A DNA stretch of 64,000 nt from the human T2T-CHM13v2.0 reference genome, Homo sapiens. The position numbers were made by a program, and so were the translations under genes. Position 1 is the first letter of the stretch. The number at the start of each line of letters is the position of its first letter. Under the pieces are notes generated by a model. It did no database searches. It was not told where the DNA came from and saw only the letters and a program-made list of their open reading frames with translations. The stretch is from assembly GCF_009914755.1 (NCBI RefSeq), contig NC_060925.1; one strand, given 5' to 3'. This document shows, in pieces, positions 14,352 to 33,319 of this stretch.

Positions 14352-15114
14352 GTTACAATGATTCTACAAAAAATAGAAATGGCTCTTATGAATATAGGTA
14401 TAAAAATACTAAAGTCATAGCAAAGTGAATATAGCAAGATGTAAAAATGAGAATATTTTATTAATTACCAAGTGAGGTTTATCCCAGAAATGCAACATTT
14501 GAAAATCAATGTAACTCATCGTGTTAATAGAATAAAAAATAAAAAAGATAGATCATTTCAAAGGATGCAGAAAAAGCACTTAAAGTAACAGGATGCAAGG
14601 TTATTTACAAAACCAATTGTATTTTTACATACCAGCAATAAATAATTGAAATTATAATTTAATAAAGATCTCTTTTAATAGTGCCAAAGACCATAAAACA
14701 CTAAAAGAGAAAAAAGTTTAATGAAAGATATTCAAGGCCTATGCATAGGAAGTTAAAACACATTTCTCTGAGAAATTTTTTAAAAGCTAAGTAAATGGAG
14801 GGCTAATTATCCCCTAATTGATACATGGATTCAATGCAATCCCAAATAAAATCTCCATACCCTTTTTGTAGAATTCGATAAGCTGATTTTAAAATTTATG
14901 TGAGAAAGCAAACAATCTATGCAAAGCACCCTTGCAAAAGAAAAACAAGCTTGCAGGATAAAGCACGACTTAACTTCAAGACATATAATGCTAGAATAAT
15001 CAAGACAGTATTTTATTAGTATAAAGACTGACCAATAAATGAATTGAAAGGAATAAAAATCCCAGAAATAGGCCCATACTTGTGTGGTCATTTGATTTTT
15101 GTCAAAAGAGGCTA

Positions 15115-15540
<426 letters not shown>

Positions 15541-15889
15541 CTAAAAACATGAACAGAGGCTTGGTGATCTAGGAAAAAATGCTATAGGAGCTTATATTTT
15601 ATACATCTTTGTATTTTGTTTAATTTTCTTAGTAATTTGTTTTTATTGTAATTTACAAAAGTACTAAATTGCAACAAATTGATTCTTTAGCATGGATAGT
15701 TAGAGAAGCACTGGTCTGGAGTCAATCTCAATGCTTTCCAAACTTTACTTTTCAATTCACTACATTAATACTTCCGCTTACAACCATCCTGATAAATGTC
15801 ACTAGTGTCCTGTTAATCACAAAAGCACCACTGCTTTTCTGAATTTATCTTAATCAACCACTGGACACCATTAAACAGGAATAACAACT

Positions 15890-17560
15890 CCCTCATTTTC
15901 ATTCTTTCCACAAATATTTACTGAATGCTCACTATTTGTCAGGAAATATTTCAGATGCTGAGAATAACAAAACAGAAAAAAAATACAAAAACTGTGTCCG
16001 TATTCTGGTGAGATAAGATAAAAATAATTAAAATTAAAATATATATATATAAATTTGATGGTAAAATGTACTTTGGAAGAAAATAAAACTGAGAAGGGGC
16101 ATCAGAACTTCTGAGTAGTGGGGAGGGAATATTATTTTAAATAGAATGGTTAGCGAAGGTCTCACTGAGATGTTCTGCGTTCCAGTCTTTTATAACATCT
16201 TCATTTTCCTCCTCTGTCATGGTTTTCTTCATGTCTTTCATATTATCCCTTCTAGGTTTCCTTCGCTAGATCTTATTCTTCTGTTTATCCTTAAAATTTA
16301 GCATTCCTCAATTTCTGCCTTTAGTTCTTTTCGTTTTCCATTCTGCATGCTTTACTACATTTCCATGGCTTCAAATATATACATATATTTCCTAAAGAAG
16401 ACCACTCCCATGATCTCATGGCCCATTCAGCTGAACTTCTGGACATTTCTATTTTAGTGGCTTGTTAAACTCTTCAAATTCAACATATATGAAAATAATC
16501 TTAACATCTTTCCTTCTAAGCCTTCTACCTATTCTGTATGGTCTTTCTTATGACCACCAAATGCCTGAAAGTCATTGTAAATTTTCCTCTTCTTCATTTC
16601 CAACATTGAAACTGGAGGCAAAGAGAACAACTAACTGATTATGTAAGAGCACAGGAAAGAGAAGGTAAGACCTCAAATGAAATAGCAATAGTGAGGATGA
16701 AGAGGAAAGATACAGATTTGAGAAATATTCTCAGGGTAGAATTAATGGAACTTGTGAAAAATTGTCTTTGAAGTGTGAGAATTTGGGCTTGAGTGACTTG
16801 ATGGATAGAGAGTTAAGCATAGAGGAAGTAAAACATATTGAATGTAGAAGATAAGTTGTTTCTGATGAATTATTATTGAGGTAGTTGTAAGTGAAGCAGT
16901 CAGATAGAAAAGTCATGTAGTTTTCTAGACACCTTACTTTGAGTTATCTCATAAATATACTCTTGAGACAATAATTCCAATACAAGTAGTTTATTTTGGA
17001 GGTGTCATGGAAAACACCAGCAGGTTAGTGAGAAAGTAAGATGGGGAAGGGAAGAAAGCCTATAAAATGTTCTTGGTTAAGCTAGTCATCACTGCAGTCA
17101 AGGAAATTAAAGTTTTGCACCACTGGTAACGCTGGAGGACAACATAGGATATACCTTAGCATTACCATAACCATGGGGTTAGATACTGGTGTTGTTATCC
17201 AACAAATCTGTATCATCACTGAGAATTGTGTCTGGAGCCATTAACTCCTTCAGCTCTGCTAGCTTGTCCTGTGTATAAGACAAACATTCCCCTACAGCCA
17301 GACAAAAAAGCTCATAGGTGGAGAGTAGCAGGTGTTTTCTTTCAGTAGTCTTCAGCATGTTGAAGATTAATGTCGAGAGGATATAAGTAAGGCACTAATA
17401 GGATGTGCTACACCAAGTATATGGATCTGGAATTCAGGGAAAGGTTTACACTGGAGAAATAGATTTGGAAATCATTAGGATAGGGCTGGCCAAAGTTATA
17501 TGTACTTCCAAAATCACAAATTTACTTGGCTGGAGAAATATTAAATAAGAGAAAGAAGAT
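15890..17560. mobile_element. L2 fragments in both orientations, with a nested MLT1-like LTR (about 16917-17411)
   Basis: L2 antisense tail CACAAATATTTACTGAATGCTCACTAT. MLT1-like segment TGTAG...CAAGTAGTTTATTTTGGAGGTG...GCTACA. Confidence 0.55.
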
Positions 17561-20500
17561 ACGAACCAGATACTTAAGTGGCCTGGAGACCAAGGTAATG
17601 ACCCTTAGAGGTTGGGCTAGTGTCCTTTAAGGAACAAGATCTAAAGAGGATATGAAGCCCACTTTGAAGGTAGGCAACATGAAAAACAAGACAGAGAATG
17701 GGAACTGCTAACAACTAGAGGGAAAGGGCAGATTTCCCTAGTGAGTTTAAGTGTCCAGGAAGAGTAGTTGTGCCCTGATGACAGAGACTGTGTGTGACTT
17801 GGAGGAAGGCAAGATATTCACCAATTAATAGAGCTCTGAAAAAGACAAATAATAGAGCTGGCATAATCAGAAATTCCATTAGGAAACCTCACAGCAGAGA
17901 GATTCTATTAAAATGGGTGAAATATGAGAATAAGGATAACCCAGTGATCTTATTAATCCCAGAATGGAAGAATTTCTCTACTAGAAACTGTAGTTGAAGA
18001 GAGAGAGAAAACTTACTATAGATCACCCAGAATTAGGAAATTTACAGTCTCTGTGAGATGGTGTGAGTTCTGCCTACTGTATATCTCTTGGTATTTGTTG
18101 ATTTTTGTTTTCCTTCAAATTGGTCACTTTCTACAACACCATTCAACAACATTCCCTAGCACAGTACATCAGAACAATACATATTTCAGGCTTCTGAGTG
18201 GTAGCTTGAGCCAAAATATAAGGGTTCAAAATATATTTGGGCCAACCCTAAATGCAGGTCCTAGATTCCATGGCTATCTTTGATGAATATTCCATTAGCA
18301 TTTTGATCTACACAGAACTGGACATGGAAAGCCTATGGCAATAATAATAATAATAATAATGTTTAATGTTGGCTTTCACTATGGAGCTCTCAAAGAAAAC
18401 TCTGATACCACGTCACATATCCAAGTATTTCACTCCAGGTTCAGACATTTTTCCAACCCAAAAACAAGCTTCTGGTAATTTCAGGTATTATATGAGTCCC
18501 AGTTATATGCAAAGAGGGCATATCAAAAAGCCAGCCACTTCCAGTGTAGTGATAGTTATATAGCTGGGAAGGAAATTTATCTTTATCCCAATTGAATCTT
18601 AAAAGTCTTAAGCTTCAGTCTTTGCAACTTTTACTCCTTCCATTCAGTTAAAAAAAAAGTCTTTCTAAGATTGGTGTCAATTGGAAAGTATTTGTATATC
18701 CTGGCTGTTAAGATGGAAAGTGTGAATTTACAGAAACTCTGATATGTGTAGAGATGGTGGGAAGTTTAGCAGAGAGTGGTGGAGGGGCAGTAGGTGAGAG
18801 TGGGGTGCCTATGGGACAGAGCCAAGAAAATGAGACTTGCAGACTGAGAGTCAATTATGCTCAGATTTCAGTCTCCTCACCTATGCGCCAAAGACAACGT
18901 GTTAGGGGCTGGGTGAAAATGCTTTAGTCATAGCCAGGAAAAAAGAGCCTAGTAATGTGTTGCTCTGTTTAGTAATGAGGATGGGGAGCATTTGGGCTTC
19001 ATTTAGTCTTGCTGGCACAATCAGGTAACACCATACTAAGCCTAAACATAGTTCTAAGATTAAATAAACTTCTGTTGACTTTTCATAATCCTTCTTAGGG
19101 ATGTTATAGCTGGGGGGGGGGGATCAATTAACAATATAAACTTTGTTCTCCAAATCCCATCCTCATTCTACAAAAATATGATACATTAACCTGGGAGAAG
19201 TAGAGATGTGGAAATTAAATCAACATCTCAGTCTTCTCCTTAGATTGAGGTTTGGGGACAAAATTCATAAATAATTACCTAGTGAATAATATTTTAAAAT
19301 TTTCTTTTCCTCCTTGTCTGCATTTTTTAGAAAAACTACTAGATCTCTTTTGAGAGTTGGGAAAGAGAAGCCGTTAATTAGAGTTATAGGGAACTGCTTG
19401 AGGTCTAAGCCAACTGGCTCAAATTCTTCTGTTTGTGACTGGAAAATCAGTTTGGTTCTTTCACGTTTTGGGTACTTTTATAGACTTATTTGGTTTTTAT
19501 TTGTCATGATTTCACAAGCTCCAGAAAGTCAGTGCTGCTGGAAAAGACATGCCCTTATTTAGAGCTTCCACTCACTGGCTATTCCTCCTCACGTTGACCA
19601 AACTACTCCATGCATGGGATTTAGCTTGCATCTCCATTATTATCCCACACCAGTCTAGAGCCACCTGCCAGCCAATTCTGTGAGCTCCCCTCTGGTTTCT
19701 CACACTGAGCTCTTGCCAGGAGCTTTGCCAAGTCTGGAATAATCAGAGCTGTTTTGGGGAACTATTTCACTGGGGTCACTGCTTCTCTAAAACTCAAAGT
19801 CCGCCATGAAATATGATGAGAAGGTGAGAAATAATATCCTAGAGTCTCACAACACATACGAGCAACATTACACATTTATTTATGAAGCTCCTTTTGAACA
19901 ATCACAGGATGGAGCCAAGGTAGGAACAGTTAGAGGGAGCAACCTAAGAACAAATGTTGGCAGTTCTACTTAAAGTCACAAAACTATCTAAAGCAGCAGC
20001 AGCTAGTTCAACTATTGAGTATATCCTTCAAACCAAAGTACTCTTTTATTTTTGCCTTTTGTATTAAATATAGTATGCTCATTCTCACACTGTATAGCTG
20101 CAAAACCACACATCACAAGAATGATAAATATTGATGCTAAGAAACATTTTAGCATGTCTGAGTAGTAGGAACCTAAGATAAGAATCCCTAAGGGTTATTT
20201 CTTATGAATGAAATAACAACAACAAAAAAGTTATCTGCAGAAATAATCCATAAGTGGATGATTGAACACTTTTGGGAAATCTCTATGCTATATTCCAATT
20301 AAAGTAACCTTAGGATGGGATCTGTATTATGTCTAAATTGTAGCATCAGTTGTATTGTGTCTTGTGTGATAAAAACTAAAGGTGTTAACATCATAGAGGT
20401 GATTAGCAGGGAAATTAGTAAAAGGGGCTAATGAGTAGAATTATTTTTCCATGTATCTCCAGCTCTGTCCAGAAAAGAGATAGCTTGAACAAAGGACCCA

Positions 20501-20977
20501 AACATCCATTCCTTTTGATTGGTCTTCCTGTATAGCACATAGAGTGAAGGCACCAGTCATTAAGATCTTCCAGAGAACTCACTTTTTAAAATTTAATGCT
20601 CAGCAAACACCTGGTTCTACTCCTTTTGCAAGGAGGCAGGAGTGGGTATGAGAAAGGCACTGGGGGGTTTCAGCGTGGAGAAGATTGTCAGACATGCCAG
20701 AAATATGAGAAAGCCGCAAGTCACATACCAATATCAAGCAGAGAGGCAAAGCTCATAAGCCAGAGGTGGGTGTTTAAACCAGTCTCTAAAAAATAATAGG
20801 AGGGCCAAGAATAGAGACTATGCTCTGTTAGAGAGCCAAAAACATGGAGACCAGGATAAGTAAGGCCGGCGGGGGGTGGGAAATGGGTTGAGCAACTATG
20901 ATGAAAGACAGGGAAAAATGTTACTTCTGACTCAGATGATGTCCGAAGCTGGCTTTTCAGTATATTTTGTAGCTGAA

Positions 20978-21373
20978 TGTATGAGTACCTTCTTGAATTG
21001 CTATAAATACCTGGGACTGGGTAATTTATAAGAAAGGAAGTTTAATTGGCTCATGGTTCTGCAGGCTGTACAGCCAGGCATCTGTTTGGCTTCTGATATG
21101 ACCTCAGGAAGCTTGCAGTCATGGTGGAAGGCAAAGAGGGAGCTGGCAAGTCACATGGTGAAAGCAGGAACAAGAGAGAGAGAGAATAGGGAGAAGGTGC
21201 CACACATTTTTAAATGACCAGATCTTGTATGAGCTCAGAGAGAGAGTTTAATTATCACCAATGGAATGGCCCAAGCCATTCATGAGAGATCTGCTCCCTT
21301 GATCCAAACATCTCCCCCTAGGCCCCAACTCCAACAGGAAATTTGGGCAAGGACAAGTATCCAAACTATGTCA
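20978..21373 (-). mobile_element. MST (MSTB-like) solo LTR
   Basis: CTGGGTAATTTATAAGAAAGGAAGTTTAATTGGCTCATGGTTCTGCAGG...CCAAACTATGTCA. 5-bp TSD CTGAA/CTGGA. Confidence 0.88.
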
Positions 21374-23419
21374 CTGGATGTGAGAAAAATACGTAGGAAT
21401 CTGATCACGGAGAGCCAAGAGTGGCTAAATTAAGGAGTTTCAGTTTTATTCTAGAAAATATGAGGAGCGAATGCAGAATTTTAATCTGTGAAGTGGAATT
21501 ATCAGATGCATAGAATGTTAATAATTAGAAGTGAAATAGACAAATATAAAACTTTCATTTCTGAAAGCATTAAGTACATTAAAAGTTATTTTGTTATTCA
21601 TTTAGTTGCAAACCAAAGGTAAGCCAATAATCAATAAAAAAATGCTCATTCTGTAAGTACTCAGCCGGATTTTTTACTTATTCAGGTGGAATGTAATATC
21701 ATCTATCAGACATCTATTAGATGATCTTATCAATGTTAGAGAGAGTATCAGACCATTCTGTTATATCAGAATTCTGCTATTCATGACATGTCTACTTTTT
21801 GCTTTTGTCTTTTGGTCAAAGTCTTCATTAGGTAACGAAGCCAGCCCCTTCACAAACTGCCTTAGTGTTCCAATAAATATTGTGGTTCGTGGGCTCTCCC
21901 TTTTAATTAAGGAGAAAAAAATAATGAAAAAGCCAATTCATTTGCATTATTTCTTGAAATTTACATTCTGGAAGAGGCTCTGCCTTTATGGTAGAATTTG
22001 GTACCTGCATCCTGCAGATCCTGTCTACTTCCAAGCTTCTGCTGACAGACGTGCATAAAGACTGGATCACCTAGCAAGTGCCAGCTCCTATCTTACTGCT
22101 CCATGAGACAAGTTGAAAAGACAGAGTGGAACCTGTTTCTAACCTTTATGTGACAGTAACCCCACTTCCTTATAATGTGGCCCAAATAATGCCGATGCCT
22201 GAAAAATCAAATTAGCTATTCCTCTTCTAGTGGGAAGGGTCAGTGGGGGAGATGGAGAGGAAGAAGCAGCAGTCTTCATTCCTATACCTCCCCTTTGAAG
22301 CTTGAGGAATAGAGGACTCCTTTTTAAACATAGAGGAAATGGGCAAAGATGGGAAGAAAACATATCCCTTCTCTCTCATCAGTGTTCAGCTTCAGTAAAT
22401 CATGATTTTATTTGAGAGAAGAAATGGTAACTGGCAAAACAAAATACTTGTCTGGGAATGTTGAGTTATGTCTAAGCAAGGAGTTGAAAAATACCTAATG
22501 GATCCTAAACTATTTACAATGACCTGAAAAAAAAAAAAACTAATATGAAACATGGGAAGAACTTGACCAGATTTGTAACGTGAAAAACTTTTAAGAGACT
22601 CTGTTGCACTCACATGTTTTCACAAATCATCAGAAAATGTATTCTTGAAATGTTTATTTTGGAAAATGAGAAACTCAGGAAAAATAATTTACATATATTT
22701 TATCTGTTTAAGATGTGGATATACTACTTTAAAATATTCAGAGTAGAAGATAGATGATTCTTGGCTTTAAAAAAAGTAGGGTGTATGCACACACACACAA
22801 AATTATCTAAATAATCAGGTTCCAAGCTACTTTTTATTTAAGAAATATTTGCATAATTTAGTAATCATGATTATAATTATTTCAGTTTTCCAGTTGGCCT
22901 TGTAGAAATGGTACTACTGATAAATGAGCTTCTGCTTAGGCAAAGTTGCTCATGAGTTGCCAGTGAAACAACTCTATCCCTCCTCGTTGTACTCCTTGTA
23001 ACTAACAGCACACATTTATAAAGCTGACTAGAAAGAGGAACACAGCGTATGGTATCAGAACATTTTACCCCACATCTGGAAAATCGTCCCTATGAAAGGA
23101 AACAAACTGGACTATATGAGGACCAGATGTTAGATTCATTAACACCACATTTTAACCTAGTAAGAAAAATGGTCTTTTAAATATATATCTAAGGACTGGA
23201 CCTCTTTATGAAAATTCATAAGAGAACTTTGTCCATTATGAGATAATTTTTTTTCCTAAGTTCTATTCTACGCCTACAGGGTTATGGTAAAGGAAATGGC
23301 TCAAATGTTTTGGTCTCATCCTGTCCAATTTACTTAAATGGATTCGGCCATAACTTAAACACGGTTATTTCTCAGTGATCCAATCTAGTCTCATTCCTTT
23401 AAATACTATCCATATGCTA

Positions 23420-26720
<3,301 letters not shown>

Positions 26721-27149
26721 AGACCTGGCATTGATTATAGATTTATTGTTGTTTAATTGAGAAGAAAAAATGTTTTCTTCCGACTGACTAATGTAACTAA
26801 AATACTGTCATTTTCATGTTTACCACCTGACAGAAGTATCAATCTCCCCCTCCCCTACAGTTTGTGTATTTTCACAAGCTCAGGATCAAAATAAAGGAAA
26901 GGAGGTGAGCAAGAAGGAAGCTTTTTCCCTAATTCCAGAAGCCTCCATGGGACATTTCGTGCATGTTCCTATCATTGTACTTAACAGACCACATTATAAT
27001 TTTTGTTCGTGTATCACTTCTCATCAATGTGACAGCTCCACAAGAGCAGAGACTATTTGATTCATCATTTTCATCTCCAGTACCTGACACATTATATAAC
27101 AGTAATGATATTCGATAAAAGATTGCAAAATAATGGATGAAATATCAGA

Positions 27150-27370
27150 GGCAGAATGCCAGGGAGGAAAGGATGTAACATTTGAAGAGTGAGTGAGTGT
27201 GACTTCCTGTTCTGTTAACAGTATAAGCTTTGCCAAGTTGTTTAATTGCTCTGAGTCTCAGTTTCTTCATCTATAAAAGAAAAGTAAATTTTCTTTGAAG
27301 ATTAAATTAGGTAATGTGTGCAATGTACTTAGTAGGGTCCCTAGAATATAACAAACATTCAGTAAATGAG
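27150..27370 (+). mobile_element. MIR
   Basis: Core CTCTGAGTCTCAGTTTCTTCATCTATAAAA...GAAGATTAAATTAGGTAAT. Confidence 0.75.
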
Positions 27371-27411
27371 ATATGCCTACCTTTTATACCATATATATGT
27401 ACAATTTAAAT

Positions 27412-27413
<2 letters not shown>

Positions 27414-27468
<55 letters not shown>
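27414..27468 (+). repeat. (TG)27 perfect microsatellite
   Basis: Uninterrupted TG run. Confidence 0.98.
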
Positions 27469-27470
<2 letters not shown>

Positions 27471-28059
27471 GAGCAGAAGCAGGTAGCTCCCTGCTCTCAA
27501 GGGAGTCCTTTCATTTGTTTGTTACTGCTAGTGGGCATGGCCACCGTGGGTTAAGGCCTTTTTTGTTTCTAGTTTTCATTCCATGTGGAAGTTGAGTATG
27601 CTGTCACTGCTTTGGCTTCCTGTACCTCACTGATAGACGCAGGAAAATAAGGGCACAAGTTTCAATCCTCGAATATAAGCTCCGTGAGAATAAAGACTTT
27701 TTTCATCCCTCTCCCCCTTCCTTTTTATCTGCTATATCCCTAATGCCTAGTAGAACAATGCCCCATAAATATAAGTTAAAAGCTGAATAAGTTTGCCTTC
27801 AGTCTCAAGGTAAGGTAGAAGTCCTACTTAAGACTGGGGTTAAAACCACACATCTGGCCCAGTTTTATCATAGTTTTGCAAAGAAATGCTCAGTATTAAC
27901 CCAGCTAATACTTAATAGGTATCTTGATTTCCATTTGCTCTAATTCTTGATGATGTAGTTTCCTTACAACATTTTAGGGAGAAAAGGGGATCAGCAGAGA
28001 GGCATTTGAGCAACACTTAATCTTCTAGCTTTATATAGTCAGATACATCCTCCCTTAGT

Positions 28060-29900
28060 TCTTATAAAAAATATAAAACTTAATGACAGTCATGAAGAAG
28101 GTTGGAATAAATGGAGATATACTATATTTCTGAAAGAGAAATCTCAGTATTCTAAAGATGTCACTTCTCCCCCGAATAAATCTATTAATTCAGTGGCATT
28201 ATAATTAAGATCTCAATAGAATTTTACTTGAGAAGATGTGAAGGCAAAACTTGATAAATTTGGTAAACTAGATAAATGGAAGTGTATTTAGACAAGTATA
28301 TAAGAATATCTAGAAAAATATTTCAAAGTTCAATACAGAAGGGAGTACTTGTGTTATCAAGTATCAAAATATAGATTTAGACTACAAAACTTAAAACAGG
28401 GTGACACAGTAATGGAATAAGAAAATAAATCAATGATATCAACCAAAACGTCTAGAAACAGGTGAAATGCATGTAAAAACTTAGTACGTGATAAAGATGG
28501 CATTTAGTATTTTGGGGGAAAGTTTGTCACATGTTCATTTATAGAAAAATAATATGACTGGATACTTCATGCAGTATACAAAAGTAAATCCAGATTGAAT
28601 AAGTAGTACATGTAAGAAACAAAACTATGAAAGTATTAAAGAGAAAACAGTGTATTTTTATAAACTGAGGGTGAAGCTGGCCTTCCTAAGCAGTACATAA
28701 TACACAATGACATACTGTTAAGCCACAAAAAAGAATAAAATATCATTTGTAGCAACATTATGTTATGTGAAATAAACGAGGTACAGAAAGACAAATACCA
28801 CATGCTCTCACTCATATGTGGGAGCTAAAAAACTTGATCTCATGGACATAGAGAATACAACCATGGATACCAGAGATGCGAGAGAGAGAGAGTGGTGGGT
28901 GAATAAACAGAGGTTGGTTAATGGTAGGAACATACCATTAGATAGAAGAAGAAAGTTCTAAGGTTTTACAGCAGACTAGGATAACTATACTTAGCAAACA
29001 ATATTTTGTAGATTTCAAAGAAACTAGAAGAAAGGACTTGAAATGTTCCCAATGCATAGAAATAATAAATACTCAAGGTGATGGATACTCCCAAAAACCC
29101 TGAATTGATCATTATACATTTCATGCATGTAACAAACATTCACTTGTACCCCATAATATGTAAAATATTATGTATCAATAAAAGAAAAAAGAATGAAGTA
29201 AACATTGTTTATAAAAAAAGAAGTAAAAAAAAGAAGTCAAATTAAAAAAATTATACCTGAAATATATTATTAAAAAGATTGATATCTGATAAACAAATTG
29301 AAAAAAAGACAGCCAGATTGAGTAAATTAGCCAATAATGTAATTAGGCACTTCACAATCAAATAAAAATAACTCATAAGTTTAAGAAGACATGATCATAC
29401 TCATTAGTAATCAAGTAAATGTTTTTAAAACACATTGAAATACTCCCTACACCTTAATCCACTGACAAACATTTAAATAATCTTTGATAGCCAATGCTTA
29501 TAAGAATGTGGAGAAATAGGTACTCTTCTTGTCTCATTATAGTATATTTCAGCAAGGCAACTTTTCAATCTCTAGCAAATTTATAAATATGCATATACTT
29601 TGACTCCACAATTCCAACTCTTTTAAAATGCACCAAGGATACGTATACACATGAGAATATCTATTTTGACATTACTTAGAACAGTGGTAAATTAGACACC
29701 ACCTAAATGCCCCTCAATTTAAAAAATGATTATATAAATTATGGTAGTTCATACTTTAGAATACCCATTCAGCTGTTAAAACATAATAATATCAGTCCCT
29801 GTTTATTGACACCAGATGGTGTCTATGACTTGTGACAAATAAGCTATAAAACAAATTAAAAAATATATGTATATGGAATATTCATATTTTTAAAAATTGT
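28060..29900 (+). mobile_element. Old L1M(E) ORF2/3' remnant with a nested L1MA 3' end (about 28700-29190)
   Basis: L1MA 3' UTR (CATGCTCTCACTCATATGTGGGAGCTAAAAAACTTGATCTCATGG...TGTATCAATAAAAG) inside degenerate L1. Confidence 0.7.
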
Positions 29901-30359
29901 ATGTATATATAATTTTCTTTCATATACTTCTGTGTTTCAAATTTTTCACAAAATATACGACCTCTGAAATTAATATAAATGAGAAAAGTACTGAGGTACT
30001 CTATATATACACATATATATACACACATATATGTACACACACACATATATGTTCATGGATGGATAACTTGATAAAGGTAAAAAAAATTGTCATGTAAAGC
30101 AGGTCACATTGAGAAAAGTAATGACCTACATTAAGGGACAGAATCAGCTTGGGTGACTTCACATGGCAGAAAACAGGAATAAATACTCTATCTTGATTCT
30201 CTTTCCTCTCTGAGATATGGAGTTCCTCAATGTCTGATGGCAGTTGGAAACCAGTGGGCAAGAAAGCCCATAGATGTAAACTCTACAGGCCACATTTCTG
30301 GGGACAGAGCCATGTTGAGGAGGGTAGAGAGGGGATCCATATGTGCAAAAAGAAAATAG

Positions 30360-31990
30360 CTAGCACACTGACTTTAATGGAAAAGCTTCTAAAATTTCTT
30401 TTTTTAAGTAAAATATTTGTTCACTTGGAGGAAATATTTTTTTATGAGTTAGGAGTATTCCCCGCTAATTCTAGTTATTGTCATAAATAAATTGAACTTT
30501 TTAATCTTTTTGTTTCTTACATATACTAACATGATCATATGGTTTCCTCTTTTAATCTGTTAATATGATGATATAAATGTAAGCTTTCCAATGTTGAGCC
30601 ATCTTTGTATTCCATAAATTAAATACTACTGGGTATCAATGTATCATTTGTATACAAATAGTTATTTATTTTGCTGATATTTTATTTAGAACTTTTGAAT
30701 ATCCACATTATAAGTTAGAATGCATTATAATTTTTTTTCCTTCAAGTATCCTTGATTTAATTTATTTTGTCAAGGCTTTTCATTTTTGTTTGCTGAAAGA
30801 GGTTGTATAAATAAAAATTCTAAGTTTTTTAAGTTATAAAGACTTGGTAAAACAGGCTAATAAAGCCTCTGAACCTTATTTCAGGGGGAGGTTTATGTCA
30901 AGATGTTTCATTTTTGGAGTTCCTTTTTAAGTCAAATGGATTAAATATGTCTCTGATGATTGCTCTGCCATTAAGGTTATGTGGTTCTTCTTTAGTCAAA
31001 TGTATTAAATTATATTTTCTATAAATTGGCTTTACCCATATTTTCAAAATAATTGCATAAAATATTTGTAATATTATATTTTTAAGATCATTAATATGTG
31101 TGGTCATGTTACCCTCCTCATTCTTAGATTTTTGCATTTTGAGGTTTGTTTGTTCTGTTTGTTCAAAGTATCAGCCGTTTTCTTGATCATCTCTATTGTT
31201 TATTTGTTGTCTGTTGAATTATTTTTCTTTTATCCTTATCATTTCCTCCTTTCTAATGTTTTAATTCTATAGCTCTTTTTACTACTTTTATGAGTTAAAC
31301 TGTTTATAAATTTTCACTGCTAATATATGTTTTTAGGACTATTAATTTCCTCTTCAAATGCTATCTTAAGGCTATCTCGCAAGTTCTGATAAGAAATGTT
31401 CTCACTGACATTTGGCTTCCAAATGTTTTTTAATTCACTGTGATTGCCTATTCTTAATGTATACATTATTTAGAAGTGTGATTTTTAAAAAATTTTTTTC
31501 TTGTGATTGATTTTAACACCATTTTTTGGCTTTTTGTTATTGATTTCTAATTTTAATGCATACTGGTCAAAGAATGTATGGAATTAATAAAAACTTCCTT
31601 TGTAGATCAGTATGTGGTTAAGTTTTATAAACCATCAATCTAATTGTTAAAGTATGTGTAATCTCTACTCCTTGGGTAAGGAATTTATATCTAGCTTGTA
31701 AATTGTGTTGCTGAAAATTGATCAGTGGTTTATTGGAGAAGTGTAAAATAATTTCCCTCTATTAATTTTATTAATAATTTTTGTAATTCAATCAGTTCTC
31801 ACTTTATATGTGTTGAGACTTTTTTGGATGCATGTGGGTTCAGGATAATTACTTTTAGTTTGCAGATGTTTAATTTTATTGTCACATAATATTTCACTTT
31901 GTCCCTATTAATGCCTTCACCTCAAGATCATTTTCTTCTGGTTTTAATATAGCCAATATTGATCGGCTTCAACTTGGTGGAGAGTAAATA
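30360..31990 (-). mobile_element. Ancient L1M fragment
   Basis: Degenerate antisense ORF2-like T-rich sequence. Boundaries approximate. Confidence 0.5.
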
Positions 31991-32399
31991 TGGAAATCCC
32001 TCATTATCTGCCTTTAGACGTATATCTTCTAGACAATATCTGACATATTTGGCAGAACCCTTAACTTTCCAGTCATGTTCAGTTGTTAAGGATTCATTCC
32101 AATCTAATCTAAAACTCTAATTTCACATGTAATTGAAATCTCATTTCATTCTTTTCTCCTAGCTGCATACCATTGACCCATTCTGAGTCTCTCAACCACA
32201 AGCCTAACATTTCCTCCATTTAAGCAATTTCTCCTGCAAAATAGTGTTGTAGAATTTTATATTAAAGGAAAATTAAAATTAAAATATTATATTTTTATAT
32301 AGAAAGGGATAACAAATATGAGAGAGAAGGTAGGAAGAAGAGAAGGTAAACAAAAAAATTATATCAAAATTGCTATTAATTCTGATCCTCAAACAATTT

Positions 32400-33319
32400 C
32401 ACCTTAAAATATCTAGGGATCATAATACCAGAAGGAGAAAAAAAGAAGGGGATAGATGAAATATTTGAGAAAGCAATGGCTTAAATTTTTCCAAAATTTA
32501 TGATGGACACCAAACTTCAGATACAGGAAACTCCGAGGATACCAAGAAGGACAAATACCAAAAAGCTTATACCTAGACACATCATATTGAAAGTTCCGAA
32601 AAGTCAAGACCAAAAAATAAATAAATAAATAATAAAATTAGAAAAAAGAATTGAAAGAAGCCAGAAAGAAAACACATTACCTACAGAAGAATGAGAAATA
32701 CATCAGACATCTCTTCAAAAAACATGCAAGCAAGAAGAGAGTGGAGTGAAATTTTTAAAGTATTGAAAGTAAAAGAAAGCCCACCAACCTATAATTTGAT
32801 ATCCAATAAAATTGTTTTTCAAACATGAAGGAGAAATAAAGACTTTCTCAGACAAACAAAAATTGAGGAAACTTGTCACTAGTAGAGATGCACTGAAAAT
32901 AATGTTAAAAGTTCTTCAAAGGAAACGGACTATGTGACATTCTGAAAAAGGTAAAAATAAAAATATGGTAAAAAAAATTAGTTGTTTCCAGCCCTGTTCA
33001 GGAGGAGGGAAGAAGAGATGAATAGGTAGAACACAGGTGATTTTTAGGGCTATGAAGCTATTCTGCATGATGCTGTAATTGTGGATACAAAAAGTTATAC
33101 ATTTATCAAAACCCATAGAACTGTACAACATAAACTTTGTGCTCTAATGTAATCTATGGACTTTAATCAGTAATAATGTATCAATATTGGTTCATCAATT
33201 GTAACAAATATACCACACTAACACAAGATATTAATAATAGAAGAAACTGTGTGCAATGAGGAGAGAGGATGTATAGGAACTCTCCCTACTTTCTGCTAAA
33301 CTTTTCTGTAAACCTAAAA

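Noticed and set aside
21606-21618. 13-nt micro-exon (TTTAG|...AAG|GTAAGC)
   Set aside because: Too short to distinguish from chance, and only 67 nt from the next acceptor.
22392-22540. Minus-strand acceptor (T-run then CAG) and 73-aa ORF
   Set aside because: Created by a simple A-run, with no partner exons or recognisable protein.
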